Position numbers and translations under genes: made by a program | Assembly (NCBI RefSeq): GCF_006345805.1 | Contig: NC_042998.1 | Coordinates: 82,026,001 to 82,090,000 of the forward strand | Direction of reading: 5' to 3' | Length of the DNA stretch: 64,000 bases | Origin: Octopus sinensis | Lineage: Eukaryota | Shown here: positions 1-12,999 of the stretch, in pieces | Layout of the letters: each line of letters opens with the position of its first letter | Position numbering within the stretch: position 1 is the stretch's first letter | The notes under the pieces: model-generated | Database searches by the model: none | The model's input: the letters and a program-made list of their open reading frames with translations, nothing else | Told to the model about the DNA's origin: nothing

Positions 1-335
1 ACGCCCTACCTGTATTTAAGTTTATTATATGATAGCAACAGCCTGGGTTTCAGGGGCATACAGCTTTTTAATATTCTTCCAAAGAGCCTCAGGATCCTGC
101 ACAAAGTGGATGTAGGAGTTTTCAAATTCAGACTGGACCTCTACCTGTCGAGAGTCCCTGATTAACCTACCTCATGGCAAGAGGTGCAAGTGAGGGTAGC
201 TCCATCAAACTCCATTCTTCACCAAGTGCTACATATTAGAGGAGGCTCTCAGTAAAAACAGTGTAGTAAAATGGCAGTGCTCCAGCATGGCCACAGCTCT
301 AAGCTGAAACTGCGTAAGAAGAAATAAATTATTAT
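1..335 (+). mobile_element. CR1-clade LINE 3' end relic
   Basis: Reads roughly FRGIQLFNILPKSLRILHKVDVGVFKFRLDLYLSRVPD, homologous to the minus-strand ORF at 27498-27860. It is followed by the tail gtgctccagcatggccacagc, which local SINEs share. Confidence 0.75.
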
Positions 336-1071
336 AATGAATCATATATACGACTCTTGATAATCTCGATGGGTAATTAAAAGAATGAAAATTAGAGATA
401 AGAATTCTACGTGATACTTAAACGAAGCTTAGATACTTTGCATCGCTAAAATTAATTACTTAATTCACTATATTACGCACTTGAATAGAAATCAACCTTA
501 TTATATAATAATCAATTAAAAGATTATTATAATTTATAATTGAAGTATATAAGTTTCTATTAAGCATTACGTAGAATTATTAAGTTTTTATTCTTTAGTT
601 ATCTATTAGGCATAACGTTGAATTCTTATCTAGAGTTTTGTTATTTACATATCCAGTGACGTCATCAATTTTGGTAGATAAATATGCTCGTTTACTACCT
701 CAAGTTTCTTGTTTTCTTTTAAGTAGATTTCAAATTGTCAAAAAATATGGAATTAATATGGTATTTTATATTTTATTTATAAACTAATACAGTTATTCAA
801 TGACGTCGCACTTTGATTAATGAATGAATGTCTAAAGTTAAATTTAGTTTGGTGTTTTGTTTTTGTTAGCGTCTTTTATCAGCTAAAAATTTATTCAGAT
901 GTTCAGTTAGAATTTCTTCAATTTTGATTACCTTGATAATGTTACGTTGACAGAAATTGTTTCGTATATATTATTATTAATTTTAATGAAATTCATGTAT
1001 GAATGTATGTATGTATGTACGTATGTATGTATATATGTATCGTATGTATGTATGTATGTATGTATTGTATG

Positions 1072-1102
<31 letters not shown>

Positions 1103-1694
1103 GTGTGTGTGAGTACGTGTATATGTGTGTGTGTGTATGTATATATATATAGTATTAATAAACTAAAGGAATATTAATAGACTTTATTGGGTATAACACA
1201 TGTATACATGGCGCCCACAGCTCTTAATATACCTGGACTTGAGGAATTATGTTCGAATAACTTGTATCTGACATATGATCTTGCAATCGAGATCCTTATA
1301 CGTATATGTATATAGGTATATATATGCATATATATATATATATATGTGTGTGTGTATTATGTGTGTATATGCATATATGTGTACGTATATGTGTATGTGT
1401 ATGCATGTACATATATATATATGTATATGTTTGTGAGTGTGCGTGTGTGTATATATGTATACACGTATATATATTTACTTATACGTATATGCGAGTGTAT
1501 GAACAAGTGTGTATTTGTGTGTTAAGCTTTGCACGGACGTGTTTATCTGAGTATACGAGTTCCTATACGTATATATGTATATATTTGTCCATAGGTATGC
1601 ATATGCACGTGTATCTAGTTGTATTTATATGCCCATGCACTTGGATGTGCGTGTATGAGCACTCATGTATATGTGCGTATATATATCTGCATGC

Positions 1695-2935
1695 ATGGCT
1701 TGGCTTCGCGAACGAAGATCAGGAAGGCTGTCCACGTCGCGTGCATGCACGCTCATGACTGATAAGTCCAATATGGGAAAGGCAGGTCTGTGAGCAGTGT
1801 CCACAGACGAAAGTAACATCCGGTGTGGTGTCAGAGGCGGCTCGCGCCTTTCTCTTGCGTCTCTTGTCTTTAAGTGTGTCTCTTCTTTGTTCCTCAAACT
1901 TGCTGACTGCGTTGAAGATCGTGTGGCGCCAGACATCACAGTCCGTAGCCAGGTCTGACCAGCATTGGTGGTTAATTTGACATGCTGTTAGAGACTTCAT
2001 GAGGCAGTCTTTGTAGCGCTTCCTCGGAGCTCCTCTCACTCGGTGGCCGGTGGATTGCCAAACAGGACAATCTTTGGAAGGCGATGGTTCTCCATTCTGG
2101 AGACATGTCCTGCCCATCGGAGGTGGTACTTCAGTAGCGTAGCTTCAATGCTGGGGATCTCGGCCCGCTCCAAGACTTCAATGTTTGTGACGAAATCACT
2201 CCAGTGAATGTTGAGGATGGTGCGGGGACATCGCTGGTGGAAGCGCTCGAGAAGACGGGTGTGACTGCGGTAAGTGATCCATGTCTCTGAGCCGTAGAGA
2301 AGAGTGGTGAGAACCACTGCCCTGTAGACACTGATCTTTGTTTTGTTCTTCAGGCCATCATTGTGCCAAACACGTTTGTACAATCTGCCAAAGGAGCTAT
2401 TTGCCTTAGAAAGTCTATCCTTGCATTGGATGAGATGATGCATCCCATGTATATAAACTGCTGTGTTAATTTCAGTTCGGTCCCGCAGATAGAGATGTGG
2501 GGTGGGTGGTATTCTTTTTGGGGTGTAGGTTGGTGAAGCACCTCCGTCTTCTTGAGGCTGACCTCCAGGCCAAAGAGCTGCGAGGCATCTGAAAAGCAGG
2601 ACGTGATGCGTTGCAGAGCTCGCTCTATGTGGACGACAAGGACAGCGTCGTCTGCGAAGACGTTTCTTCGAGGGTGAGTGGTTTGTTGAGCTCCTCTTTT
2701 AGCGGAAGTTGAGGAATGCGAAGGATGGCAGCACTGAAGCAGGCTTTGGAAGTGCTCGGACCAGCGAGCGAGGATGGAGGTGTTATCGGTGAGGAGGTCT
2801 TGTCCATCTGAACTGCGTAGGGGACTCTGAACCAGGTGGGTGGGGCCATACACTGCTTTCAGAGCCTCATAGAAGCCTCTATAGTCTCCAAGGTCAGCAC
2901 ACAGTTTCTTTCTCTCTCTCTCTCTCTCCACCACA
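1695..2935 (-). mobile_element. RTE/BovB-like LINE, internally deleted and frameshifted
   Basis: ORF pieces YEALKAVYGP..PLRSSDG..LARWSEHF, FADDA, RLSKANSSFGRLYKRVW, LLYGSETW, HLRWAGHVSRM..RLPKIVLFG, KRYKDCLM and a C-terminal CGHCSQTCLSHIGLISH are typical of RTE. Confidence 0.9.
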
Positions 2936-2977
2936 CACTTCTGACAATTACAATGGGTATATATATATATATATATA

Positions 2978-3365
2978 TACTATTAGAATCGCCCGGCGTT
3001 GCTCGGGTTTGTTTCGACCCACTGGAATTGGAATTTTTGAAAAGTTAAAATTTTGCATTATGTAGCTTGTTATTCGCTTCAAGCGAACATTTTTCTGGTT
3101 GAAATACACGGAAAAGTGGCGACACAGCAGTGACAAAATCGTAAAAAATAGGTATTTTCATAGAAAAAAGCACCTTTTTGATGTAAATAATTTTTGGTGT
3201 TAACATGGTCCGATTTGAATTTTATCTTCTACGGAAGGAAGAGCAACCCTTCTTCTATAATACTCTCAATTTTGGTCAACTTGCGCCGCAGTGTCTCGGA
3301 AGAGATAGTGTTAGTTGAAGGCTACCAAACCTGGCGCACACAGACAACTTCAGCTTTATATAGAG
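2978..3365 (+). mobile_element. Non-autonomous Helitron-like element inserted in (TA)n
   Basis: The 5' end atcgcccggcgttgctcgggtttg is shared with the minus-strand copies at 8915-9312 and 25585-26090. Ends with acacagacaacttcagctttatatagagagat. Class is inferred from the terminal architecture. Confidence 0.55.
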
Positions 3366-3482
3366 AGAGATAACACACACATTAATACACATACATACAC
3401 ACACATGTATGCATGCATGGCTGTATGTATGTATATATGTACATCTGTCTACTTCTTGCCATATTTTTATCCTTCACTTCCT

Positions 3483-3513
<31 letters not shown>

Positions 3514-3584
3514 GACACACACACACGCACACACACACACGCACGCACACACACACCTTCTTAGCTTACAATTTCTTTCTTTCA

Positions 3585-4835
3585 ACAATTGACAACTGAA
3601 GTACGCTCGCAAATTAATAGTACAAAAACTTAGCGACAGAAAGTAAATTAAAAACCAATTTACCTTTTCTGTTGAGTTATCATGGCAATTCGACCATCTG
3701 ATTTCCTTAAATCCGTCTCTTTTCTTCAACTGAACTTAGTTCCTATCGTTTCTTAAAGTCCTTTGTGAAATCGAGGAGTGTTTTTTTGTTATTTCTCGAG
3801 AAAGTTTTGTTTCCTCGACACTAAAAACTAACGGGAAGTAGACAACAGTCCCAGTACAATTGGTGTAATAGTGTAACTCATAATGTGAGCGGCTAGCATC
3901 TACTCGCCATATGTCAGTGAATTGCTGGTGTGTGTTTGCAAATGTGTTCGAATGAGAAAGTGAATTGTGTTTAGCGCCTTTGTTAATAATAACAAACACA
4001 CACGTGTGTTTGTGTGTTTGAGTGTTTGTATGTAGTTGTTTGAAACGTTTGTGTTTGTCACTGTCATATATGTATATGTTTGCGTGTCTATGTGAGTGTT
4101 GGAGGAGTAAATCGTTATGTATTTATTTGTTTCTGTTTCCTCTGTTTTTTTTTGTTGAGGAGTGGTTTGCAAAGAGAAAGTATATGTATATGTTTGCGTG
4201 TCTATGTGTGTTTGTGAGGAGTAAATCGTTATGTATTAATTTTTGTCTCTGTTTCCTGTCTGTATTTTTTTGAGTAGTGGTTTAAGGTACACTTGCAAAG
4301 AGAAAGTAGGAGAAAGTGTGGAAATAGAAGGAGTAAAGCATTTGAAATGAGAGAGGGTAATCGTAAAATATTGAGTTTTCTCGAATTTTTGATTAATTGG
4401 GGGTCAAATTGAAAAAAATTGATATGCCATGACCCAGTGGAATGTACTCCGAAAAATCATGGGTAAATTCCAATTGAAGAAATTGTGTGAGGAGTATATC
4501 GTTATGTATTTATTTGTTTCTGTTTCCTCTGTATTTTTTGGAGTAGTGGTTTAAGGTACACTTGCAATGAGAAAGTAGGAGAAAGTGTGGTAATAGAAGG
4601 AGTGAAGCACTTGAAATGAGAGAGGAAAATCGTAAAATATTTAGTTTTCTCGAATTTTTGCTTAATTGGGGTGAAATTGAAAAAAATTTATATGTCATAA
4701 CCCAATCGAATCTACTTCGAAAAATCATAGGTAAATTCCAATTGAAGAAATTCTATATTGTACAAATGTATTAAAAAGAAACATAGTCACGGGCAGAGAA
4801 AATCTGCCTTTTATCATAAGAGATATCTGCATGTA
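3585..4835 (+). mobile_element. Unclassified repeat with internal tandem duplications and a 3' hairpin (Helitron/Helentron-like)
   Basis: Direct repeats at ~4068-4180 vs ~4180-4310 and ~4283-4490 vs ~4550-4760. Terminal hairpin ggcagagaaaatctgcc followed by ttttatcataagagat. Confidence 0.35.
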
Positions 4836-5275
4836 CATATGTGTCTAAGCAAAACAGAAGAAATTTTCCTCTAAGTATTATCATCCCTTCAACTTCTACT
4901 TCCTTTTCCTTCTCTTAACAGTTACAACAGCGAAATTTGATTACGTCATTTTCTCTAAACTAAAATGTATACTTTCCACGTTCATAAATGATTTTTTTGC
5001 GTTTAAATAATTTTTTTCTCTGATTTTATTTATTCTTGAATTTGAAGGACATATAGCGGTATGTAGACCGATTCAAGAAATCTCTAGTGAGACTTTTTTA
5101 TTGATGTACCTGTAGAGAGCCAGAACGGGTGGAACCATATGTTGTACCCAATAAACATTCCATCTCTTATTTTATTAATACTGTTACCCCAACCGCCACT
5201 ACGAAGTTCCTGCAGTAAATCTACGAATTACAACTTGTAATCGAAACTGTGCCGGTGCTTTAATCATCAATTCCT

Positions 5276-5308
<33 letters not shown>

Positions 5309-5444
5309 TTCAGCAAAATTTTGATTGATGATTGCTCAACATTTTGAAACTGTTGTAATACTTACAATGTTTAATAAGATGATGTAGCGTGAAACGATCG
5401 TACCAAATTACCGAAGATATTCTTCTTGCCTATTTTGATTATAT

Positions 5445-5511
<67 letters not shown>

Positions 5512-5514
5512 ATA

Positions 5515-6325
5515 TATACGAGTGAGTACGCAAAAGTATCAGGAAACGCTTGTAGTTCGGGCTTCTGCCGATAGTAGCCAATTGATGCAACCTTTAGTCA
5601 TCGGTATGCCGACCGGCATCGTCATGAGGGAGGGATCGTACTCCCACATGGTGTGTTTTTTGTTTTGTATTGTTTCTCCCCTGTACGGCGATTATTTCAA
5701 TGGCTGAAACGAAGGAACAGCGTGCTTCCGGAAAATTATGTTTGACGATGGGAAAAACTGTTGTCCAAACAGTTGTCGTGCTTCAAACAGCTTACAAAGA
5801 GACTGCCGCGATTTAAGAACGGTCGCTTGTCGGTTGAAGACCAATCACGTTCAGGGCGGCTGTCGACCTTTCGAACGAATGAAAAATTAATCAAAATTCA
5901 TGAATTGCTCATGAAGGACCATCACTAAATAATTAACGAGTATGTTGATATGATTCATGTGTCCTGGAACTCGCATTTTGAGCGAGGAACTACGAATGTA
6001 AAGAATTGCAGTAGAAAATCAAAGGTAATCACGAATTAATGCGTGTGGTGAACTGAAAGAAAAGCTGGAAGTCGATCCAGATATCTTTTCGTCGGTCATC
6101 ACTGATCATGAAAGCTGGTGCTACTCAATTTTCACACGTGAAAAGGTGAAAAAAGAAAAAAAAAAACAAACAAACAAACAAAACAAAAATTAAAAAACGA
6201 TGGAGGTGTTAAAAGGAATCACCTCGTAGGATTTCCAGAACTGTTTCTAAATCTGGAATGCGCATCTGGACCGATACATCGTTTGAAATGGAGATTACTT
6301 TGAAGGCGATAAAGATGTGAACATA
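5515..6325 (+). mobile_element. Mariner transposon relic
   Basis: Starts TA-tacgagtgagt. Encodes FKNGRLSVEDQSRSGRLSTFRTNE (mariner HTH linker) and a degenerate ITDHESWCY catalytic motif. No 3' TIR seen. Confidence 0.7.
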
Positions 6326-6397
6326 TAGAAATAAGTGGATAAAATAACATTGCAAGTCTCTTGTAGGATAAGCTTTCCCAATCTGTTACGCAGTGGG

Positions 6398-6456
<59 letters not shown>

Positions 6457-7198
6457 AGTATACATAAATACTCACACTTACGCACAGATATATATATGTT
6501 CATTCCTATTTATACTTGCATATATACAAAGTACACCGAAATATTCATAAATAAACAATGTAGAAACATTATAGCGTAGATAATGGATACAACAGGATCT
6601 GAGTGATAGTTATTGAATGCAGAGTTCAAGATATGTAGGAAGAAGATGCTCCCATACAAAGTCCCCACATAAAATTAATTATATATTGATTCTCTATTTT
6701 GTCCTCTGCGTACAGGAGCATATTATATGCATATGCGGGCGTGTTTGTTTGTATTGTAGTGTCACAGGCGTAGTCTGCGATATATCAAACTGAAATCTAA
6801 TGTATACAGAGAAATGTGATTGGTAAATTTATAAGAGCTTCTGTGATACCTTTTAATTCTCATTTGTGAAAGATATATATTACATTTTCTGTTTCCTGTC
6901 CAGATCCAGAAATCCATTTTGTCCTAATCCTAACACTACGGCTATTTTCAGAATTGTTTTCAACTTAGCGCTAAGAGTGAATTGCTACATGGAAATTGGA
7001 AAAGCGATAGCATTTATCTTCGAATGAAAATTGGGAAATGCATTTTGCTTAGATTAAATGTATACGTATATACACATGCATTAATATATCAAATAAGTTA
7101 CTCAAACGAAAACCATGATAGGTTTCTCCAAATTATTTATTATTTCGCTCCTTTGGTTTCTAAAATATTTTCAGATGGCTTATGTCATATGACTATGA

Positions 7199-8473
7199 TA
7201 TGAGGTGGTATCAAAACGTTCTCGGACTAGTTCTATAGCTCGCCAATAAATTGACAACAAACTGTTGCATGCGCAGTGAGAACTAGCAGTGACCATAATG
7301 TGGCAGTGTTTACTTTGCAAGTTGTGAAATTTGTGTTTCTGTGATCACTTATGGGATGTAGTCTGCGATTTTGTCATGGACCGATAGTTGGAACAAAGAA
7401 TCAACGTTAAATTTTGCGTTAAACTTGGGAAGTCTGCTTCGGCAAGACTACGGTAACGGGACAGTTGGTCATACAGAAGGTTTCAAATGGCACGGGTGCT
7501 TCAAAAGCGGACAAACGTTCCTGGAAGATGATGAGCGATTTGGAGGACTTGCCGCGAGCGTTGCTCCCGGAAATACGGAGAACATCCATCAGCTTGTGCA
7601 TGGGGATCGTCGGAGGACAATGAATGACATTGCTAATGTTGTTGATCTGTTGTATAGGTCCGTGTAGACAATCCTAACATCTGAAGTGAAAACGTCACGT
7701 ACCTCTGTCAAGATTTTACCCCGCCTCTTGACCAATGACCAGAAAAATATTGAATCAAAGAATGAAAATCTCCGTCAGCAAGCCACTGATGACCCATCCT
7801 TCATGTCGAAGATCATCCCCGGTGACGAGTGTTGAGTCTACGGCAAGACCCTAAGACGAAGCAGCAATGGTCACATTGGAAGAGTCTTTCATACTCACGA
7901 TCAAAAACGGCCCGATTGAGCCGCAGTCAAAGAAGAACATGCTCATCGTTTTATTTTTCGACATTAACGATATTGTGCAACGAGAATACATTCCCCAGGA
8001 CCAGAATGTAGATCGAGAGTCCTACTGCAAACTTTGGAAGTATTTGAGAGTTGACATTCGGTGAAAGCGACCAGATGTGTGGTAAACTAATAATTGGATT
8101 CTTCTGGGCGATAAATCTCCCGTTCACCGAGCTCTCCTCACTCACGAACTTCTCGCCAAAAATAACATGGTATTGCTTCTGTAGCAGCTCTATTCACCAG
8201 ACGTAGCACCTGCAGACCTCAATTTATTCTCCAAGATGAAAACGCAGGTCAATGGTTAGCGTTTTAACTCTTGTCGAGAACAGGAGCAAATCGCAGAATG
8301 TTCTCGACTGGAAAAAGACTTACTTCCGATAGGATTCCGAAAGAGTCAGGAAAGCTGGGATCGTTGTATTGCTGCACAAGGTGACTATTTCGAATGAGAT
8401 TATGTTAAAACTTAGGTAAAGAAGTTACTATAATGAAACAACTAGTCCGGGAAAGTCTTGATACCACCACGTA
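7199..8473 (+). mobile_element. Mariner transposon, full-length but degenerate
   Basis: TIRs tatgaggtggtatcaaaacgttctcggactagtt and aactagtccgggaaagtcttgataccaccacgta. Fragments FKSGQTFLEDDERFG, IIPGDE, KKNMLIVLFFDINDIVQREYIPQDQNVDRESYCKL and YSPDVAPADL. Confidence 0.9.
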
Positions 8474-8914
8474 ATTCTACATGTATTTCAAACAACGTTT
8501 TCGTGATTTATTTCTATATATATATATATACGAGGAGTGAGTGAGCAACAGAAGAAGGGCATTCAACACATATATTGGGAGTAAGATGTATGGATCAAAA
8601 CAATTTGATTCACATTCCGTGGTACATAAAGTTTTAAAGCACAAGATGATGCTTAACCTCAGCCATTGGAAATTTGAATGAGAAATCAATTGGAGAAAGT
8701 CAGATATTATTAACAATAGATGGACTGTGATTGGTCGAGAGATACCATATTCTGTCACATTTTCTTGCTGGTATTTCAACGACAAGAGTTACTTGAAAAA
8801 TACCGAATGTTGAAAAGGATGCATACACGCGCGCGCATGCACGTATACACAATTACACTAATATATATACACACTTATGTATTCGCACACATACTCAGAT
8901 ATATCAAGTATATA

Positions 8915-9312
8915 TAAAAGAGAGGTTGTGTGCTGTCTGTCTCCTACGATTTAGATTCCTAACTACTCCCATATTTTGCGGTGCAGTTTAACCAAAACCG
9001 GGTATCTTATAGTCGTGATTCATATCGAGCCCTTCTGTGTATTAGCGCGCGTCTACGATGAGTCTACGATGAGTCTACGATTTAAAAAAAAATTACCATC
9101 AATTTTTCAATTTTTAATGCATTTTTGGCATATATAAGGGAAGTAACTATCTAAAAATTTATTATTAAATCTCAGAACGTAAAAAGCTACAGTAACACGC
9201 CCCCTTTGTGGTTAGCCATATTGAGATGGCTATTATACTTTACATCTCTAAAAATGCTTATATAGTTATTTCCCTTACAAACCCGAGCAACGCCGGGCGA
9301 TACTGCTAGTTA
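8915..9312 (-). mobile_element. Non-autonomous Helitron-like element
   Basis: Reverse complement starts actagcagtatcgcccggcgttgctcgggtttg; the body matches 25585-26090. Confidence 0.6.
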
Positions 9313-9930
9313 AGTATATATCAGTCTATGTGTTTGTGCGTGTATATATGTGTGTATTTGTGTTTATGCCTGTACACCTATGCACACGCACGCATAAATA
9401 AAAACACACACCCGCACAAATATATACGCAGGCATACAGCTTCTCAGTCTTCTACACGCGCGCGCGTGCACAGACATGCACGCACATGTATACACACACA
9501 CACACCAGCTTGCGAGCTCGCATATCTATAAAATCTTATATATCTTATATTCACATATTCAAATACACACACGCATCCACATCTGTGCGCGTATGCGCTC
9601 AAATTTATAACCGTAGATATGTTGTCACACCACCCCTCCCTACTCCCTCCCTAAGAACGCGACCGATTTCCAGTCCACCATACGGTCGATTTTCCGTTCA
9701 CCATGCAGTATTTCCCAAGTAAGTGTTGTCCCCGAAATACCAACTTCATACTGTGACACCACGTGATCTTCCTCGACCAATCGTGGCCAATCACTTGGCA
9801 ATAACGTCTGACTTCCTCCAACCTATTCCTTATTCAAATTTCTAATGGTTGTCAATAGGCATCATCTTATGCTTTGAAACTGTAATTACCATGGAATACG
9901 AAGCAAACTGTTTTAAACCCATATATATAT

Positions 9931-10523
9931 AGGGGGATCAGCCATCTGAATGTGGCTAGGGACAGGGCGGGGTGGTGGGGGTGTTACTGATGCATTTAGC
10001 CCCAGGCGATCATCGACGTCACCAGAAGGGCCGACACCATGTTAAATGCATCAGTAACACCCCCACCACCCCGCCCTGTCCCTAGCCACATTCAGATGGC
10101 TGATCCCCCTTATGTTATAGAGCAGTTACTGTTTATATCTCGCTCAGAGATTTATTATTGTTTTCGAACGGATTTTCTACGCCAGTGACTGTGGTTACTG
10201 TGAAAATCTCTATATATCCAGCCTGTAGAGGAAGTCCCTCAACGAAGAACGGTGCTTACCATGCGTTGACAAGAGGCAATAACCTCGAAACCGGTCCGTA
10301 TGTAGTATCCGTATCTTCGGGGAGGCTGATCTCCCTTTGCAGGCTGGCAAGGACACCGAGATGGTGTCGGCCCTTTGGTGACGTTGATGATCGCCTGGGG
10401 CTAAATGCATCAGTAACACCCCCACCACCCCGCCCTGTCCCTAGCCACATTCAGATGGCTGATCCCCCTTATGTTATAGAGTAGTTACTGTTTATATCTC
10501 GCTCAGAGATTTATTATTGTTTA
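9931..10523 (+). mobile_element. Non-coding Penelope-like/retrozyme-like element (359-bp period, 5' inverted copy, TA-flanked)
   Basis: 10043-10161 repeats directly at 10402-10522. 9931-10040 is the reverse complement of ~10352-10458. Contains an HHR and has (TA)n on both sides. Confidence 0.75.
10260..10302 (+). ncRNA. Minimal type I hammerhead ribozyme, U3-A8 variant
   Basis: CATGCG-TTGACAA-GAGG caataa CCTC-GAAAC cg GTC-CGTATG. Stem I is 6 bp with one G-U; stem II is 4 bp; stem III is palindromic (ACCGGT); cleavage triplet is GUC. Confidence 0.75.
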
Positions 10524-10554
10524 TATATATATATATATGTGTGTGTGTGTATGT

Positions 10555-10961
10555 ATATACAAAACGCTCCCGTCTAATGGACGGTGCTGAGTTGTCAAAC
10601 ATTGAAACTAAATTTTCTCAAAACAACTTGTCCGACCGTCCCATAGGCATCCCCTTTGAGAAACACTGATTTAACCTAAATTTGAGACACCAAACAGGCC
10701 GGCTTTTTTAGCGCAACCTGCACGTGCATATTTCTCGCGTACACGTAGTATCGATCGCAACAGCTGGTGTACTTGCGCGTACAAATGCACGTTCCACGGA
10801 TTTATCGATCGCATTCCCACCTGGAATCAATTTTTGTAATTTTTCCAGGACTTATACACGCCCTCATACCGTCGGTATTTACATATCAAATTTGAGCGCA
10901 ATTGGATGGAGGATGCCCGAAATCCTAGAAGACACACAAAGACAGACTGAACGGATTTTAT

Positions 10962-10965
<4 letters not shown>
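10555..10965 (+). mobile_element. Non-autonomous Helitron-like repeat, family 2
   Basis: Shares ttaacctaaatttgagacacca and the 3' ~160 bp (cataccgtcggtat..caattggatggaggat..acagactgaacggattttata) with the inverted copy at 16935-17375. Confidence 0.55.
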
Positions 10966-11006
<41 letters not shown>

Positions 11007-11012
<6 letters not shown>

Positions 11013-11129
11013 CTATATTTCGGAATGCTCATTTTGCCAGTTTAGCCAATAAAAACACACGCACTATTATAGTGCGTGTCTTTTTATTGGCTAAACTGGC
11101 AAAATGACCATTCCGAAATATAACAATAT
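11007..11129. repeat. 123-bp near-perfect palindrome
   Basis: Arms atattgctatatttcggaatg..aaaaacacacgcactat and atagtgcgtgtctttttattggc..cattccgaaatataacaatat, with a 1-nt centre and 3 mismatches. Confidence 0.9.
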
Positions 11130-12932
11130 CTGTTTCAACACACGACTTCACATAAAAAAACCTTGCACAACAAATATATAAACGTATATATATATATTAT
11201 ATATATATATATATTATATATATATATATATATTACTCTTTTACTCTTTTACATGTTTCAGTCATTTGACTGTGGCCATGCTGGAGCACCGCCTTTAGTC
11301 GAGCAAATCGACCCCTACGCAAAATTAAGAATTTATATGAACAATTAATGAGTGTTTGTGTCCGTGCACACGTGTATTTTTGTGTCACATGTTTGCCACT
11401 TCTGACTAGTGTCAAGTCGAATCTGCAGAATGTTCATCAATAGATCGCCTAATTACCTAATAAATGATATTCGGGTAAAACAATAATGGATTAACTAGTC
11501 ATTACAGTGCTACCGGCGTGATTAGTAAAGAGGTCTATTTTAACGCCTTGCTTCAAAACGCTAGCTCTGGTATTTTCATATCTACACAAATTCAATTTAT
11601 GCTCCAATTGGTGGCATTTGTAGTTAAATTAAATGGGATGGGCCAATTTGCATATGTAACGTATTCTTCGCAGCTACTTCGATCAAATAAGTAATCATTG
11701 GATATTTGAATATAGAATGTTATGGAGATGAAAGTAAGCAGTTAACACTAATTAATTATTATTCAAATTAACTGCTAAGAAAGTGTTATAATGCAAATTT
11801 CTCAATCCAGTTCTGTATAGTCTTCAATGTGAGGGGCTTTATAAGCTGTTTGTTTGTGTATAGTTAAGGAAGCTGCATAACTACAGACGAAACAGGAGAT
11901 AGATTTGAAATCAAGAAGTGAAAGTCCTTCCTTGACAATCCGCGACTATATTATGTGTGTATAGGTGTAATGTACAGAATCGTCGTAGCATAGTGTTGTT
12001 TAAGAATCTATGGAAGTGTCATATACTATATTCTAGCATACATTTTACAAACGTTGTATAATACCTTAACAGTTTCATTTTTATATGTACGCATTTCTAT
12101 ACATATATCTATCTACCTATCCATATGTATATTATTATTATGTTATTCCTAAAACAAGGTACACACACATACACACACACACATACAAACACACACACAT
12201 GTATATAGCGTGTGTATATGTGTCTGCAACTAAACATTATTCTTGAAATGATCGAATATATGCGAGCACTTACTAGTCAACAGCACTACATTGTCTTCTC
12301 ATTGTCTAAGTAGAGTTGGATATTGGTTTAGTATTCCCAATAGTGAAGAAACTAACGATACACCAATTCAAATCAGATTAAACACTTTTCGCTAGATAAT
12401 TTCCAGTTTGAAGCCGAGGTTCTTTTGAAGATTTTGAGACAGAATCTTGAGAAATGCAGTCCAATTTCCTCAGTAACACGTTACTATAATCAGATGACAA
12501 CACATTTTCTTACAAAATATCAGTAAATTGCAGCGGTGTAGTCATTTCGTTTCATTCTACGTGTCCTCAAAGAACTTCGCACATTTATAAGTACGCAAAA
12601 CTTACTATCATAAAAAGGTTCATTTACTCACAGACACACACACAAAAGCACTCACATGCACACACATACACACACAAATACAAACAAACACGCACGCACA
12701 TCACACACACACATACACACACACACACACACACGCACATATAGAGCCGTACGTGAGGCTGTATGGTGAGAGGTTTCGCAACTGCACGATTCTGGGTTTA
12801 GTCGGGACTATAGCCTCGGGCCGTCGAAGCTTTATGTGTGAATTTGACAGGCTGAAACTGAAAGAAGCCCGTCGTATGAATACACACTCACTCACAAACA
12901 CATATATATATATATACATACATACACACACA

Positions 12933-12974
<42 letters not shown>

Positions 12975-12999
12975 ATATAATATATATATATATTATATA

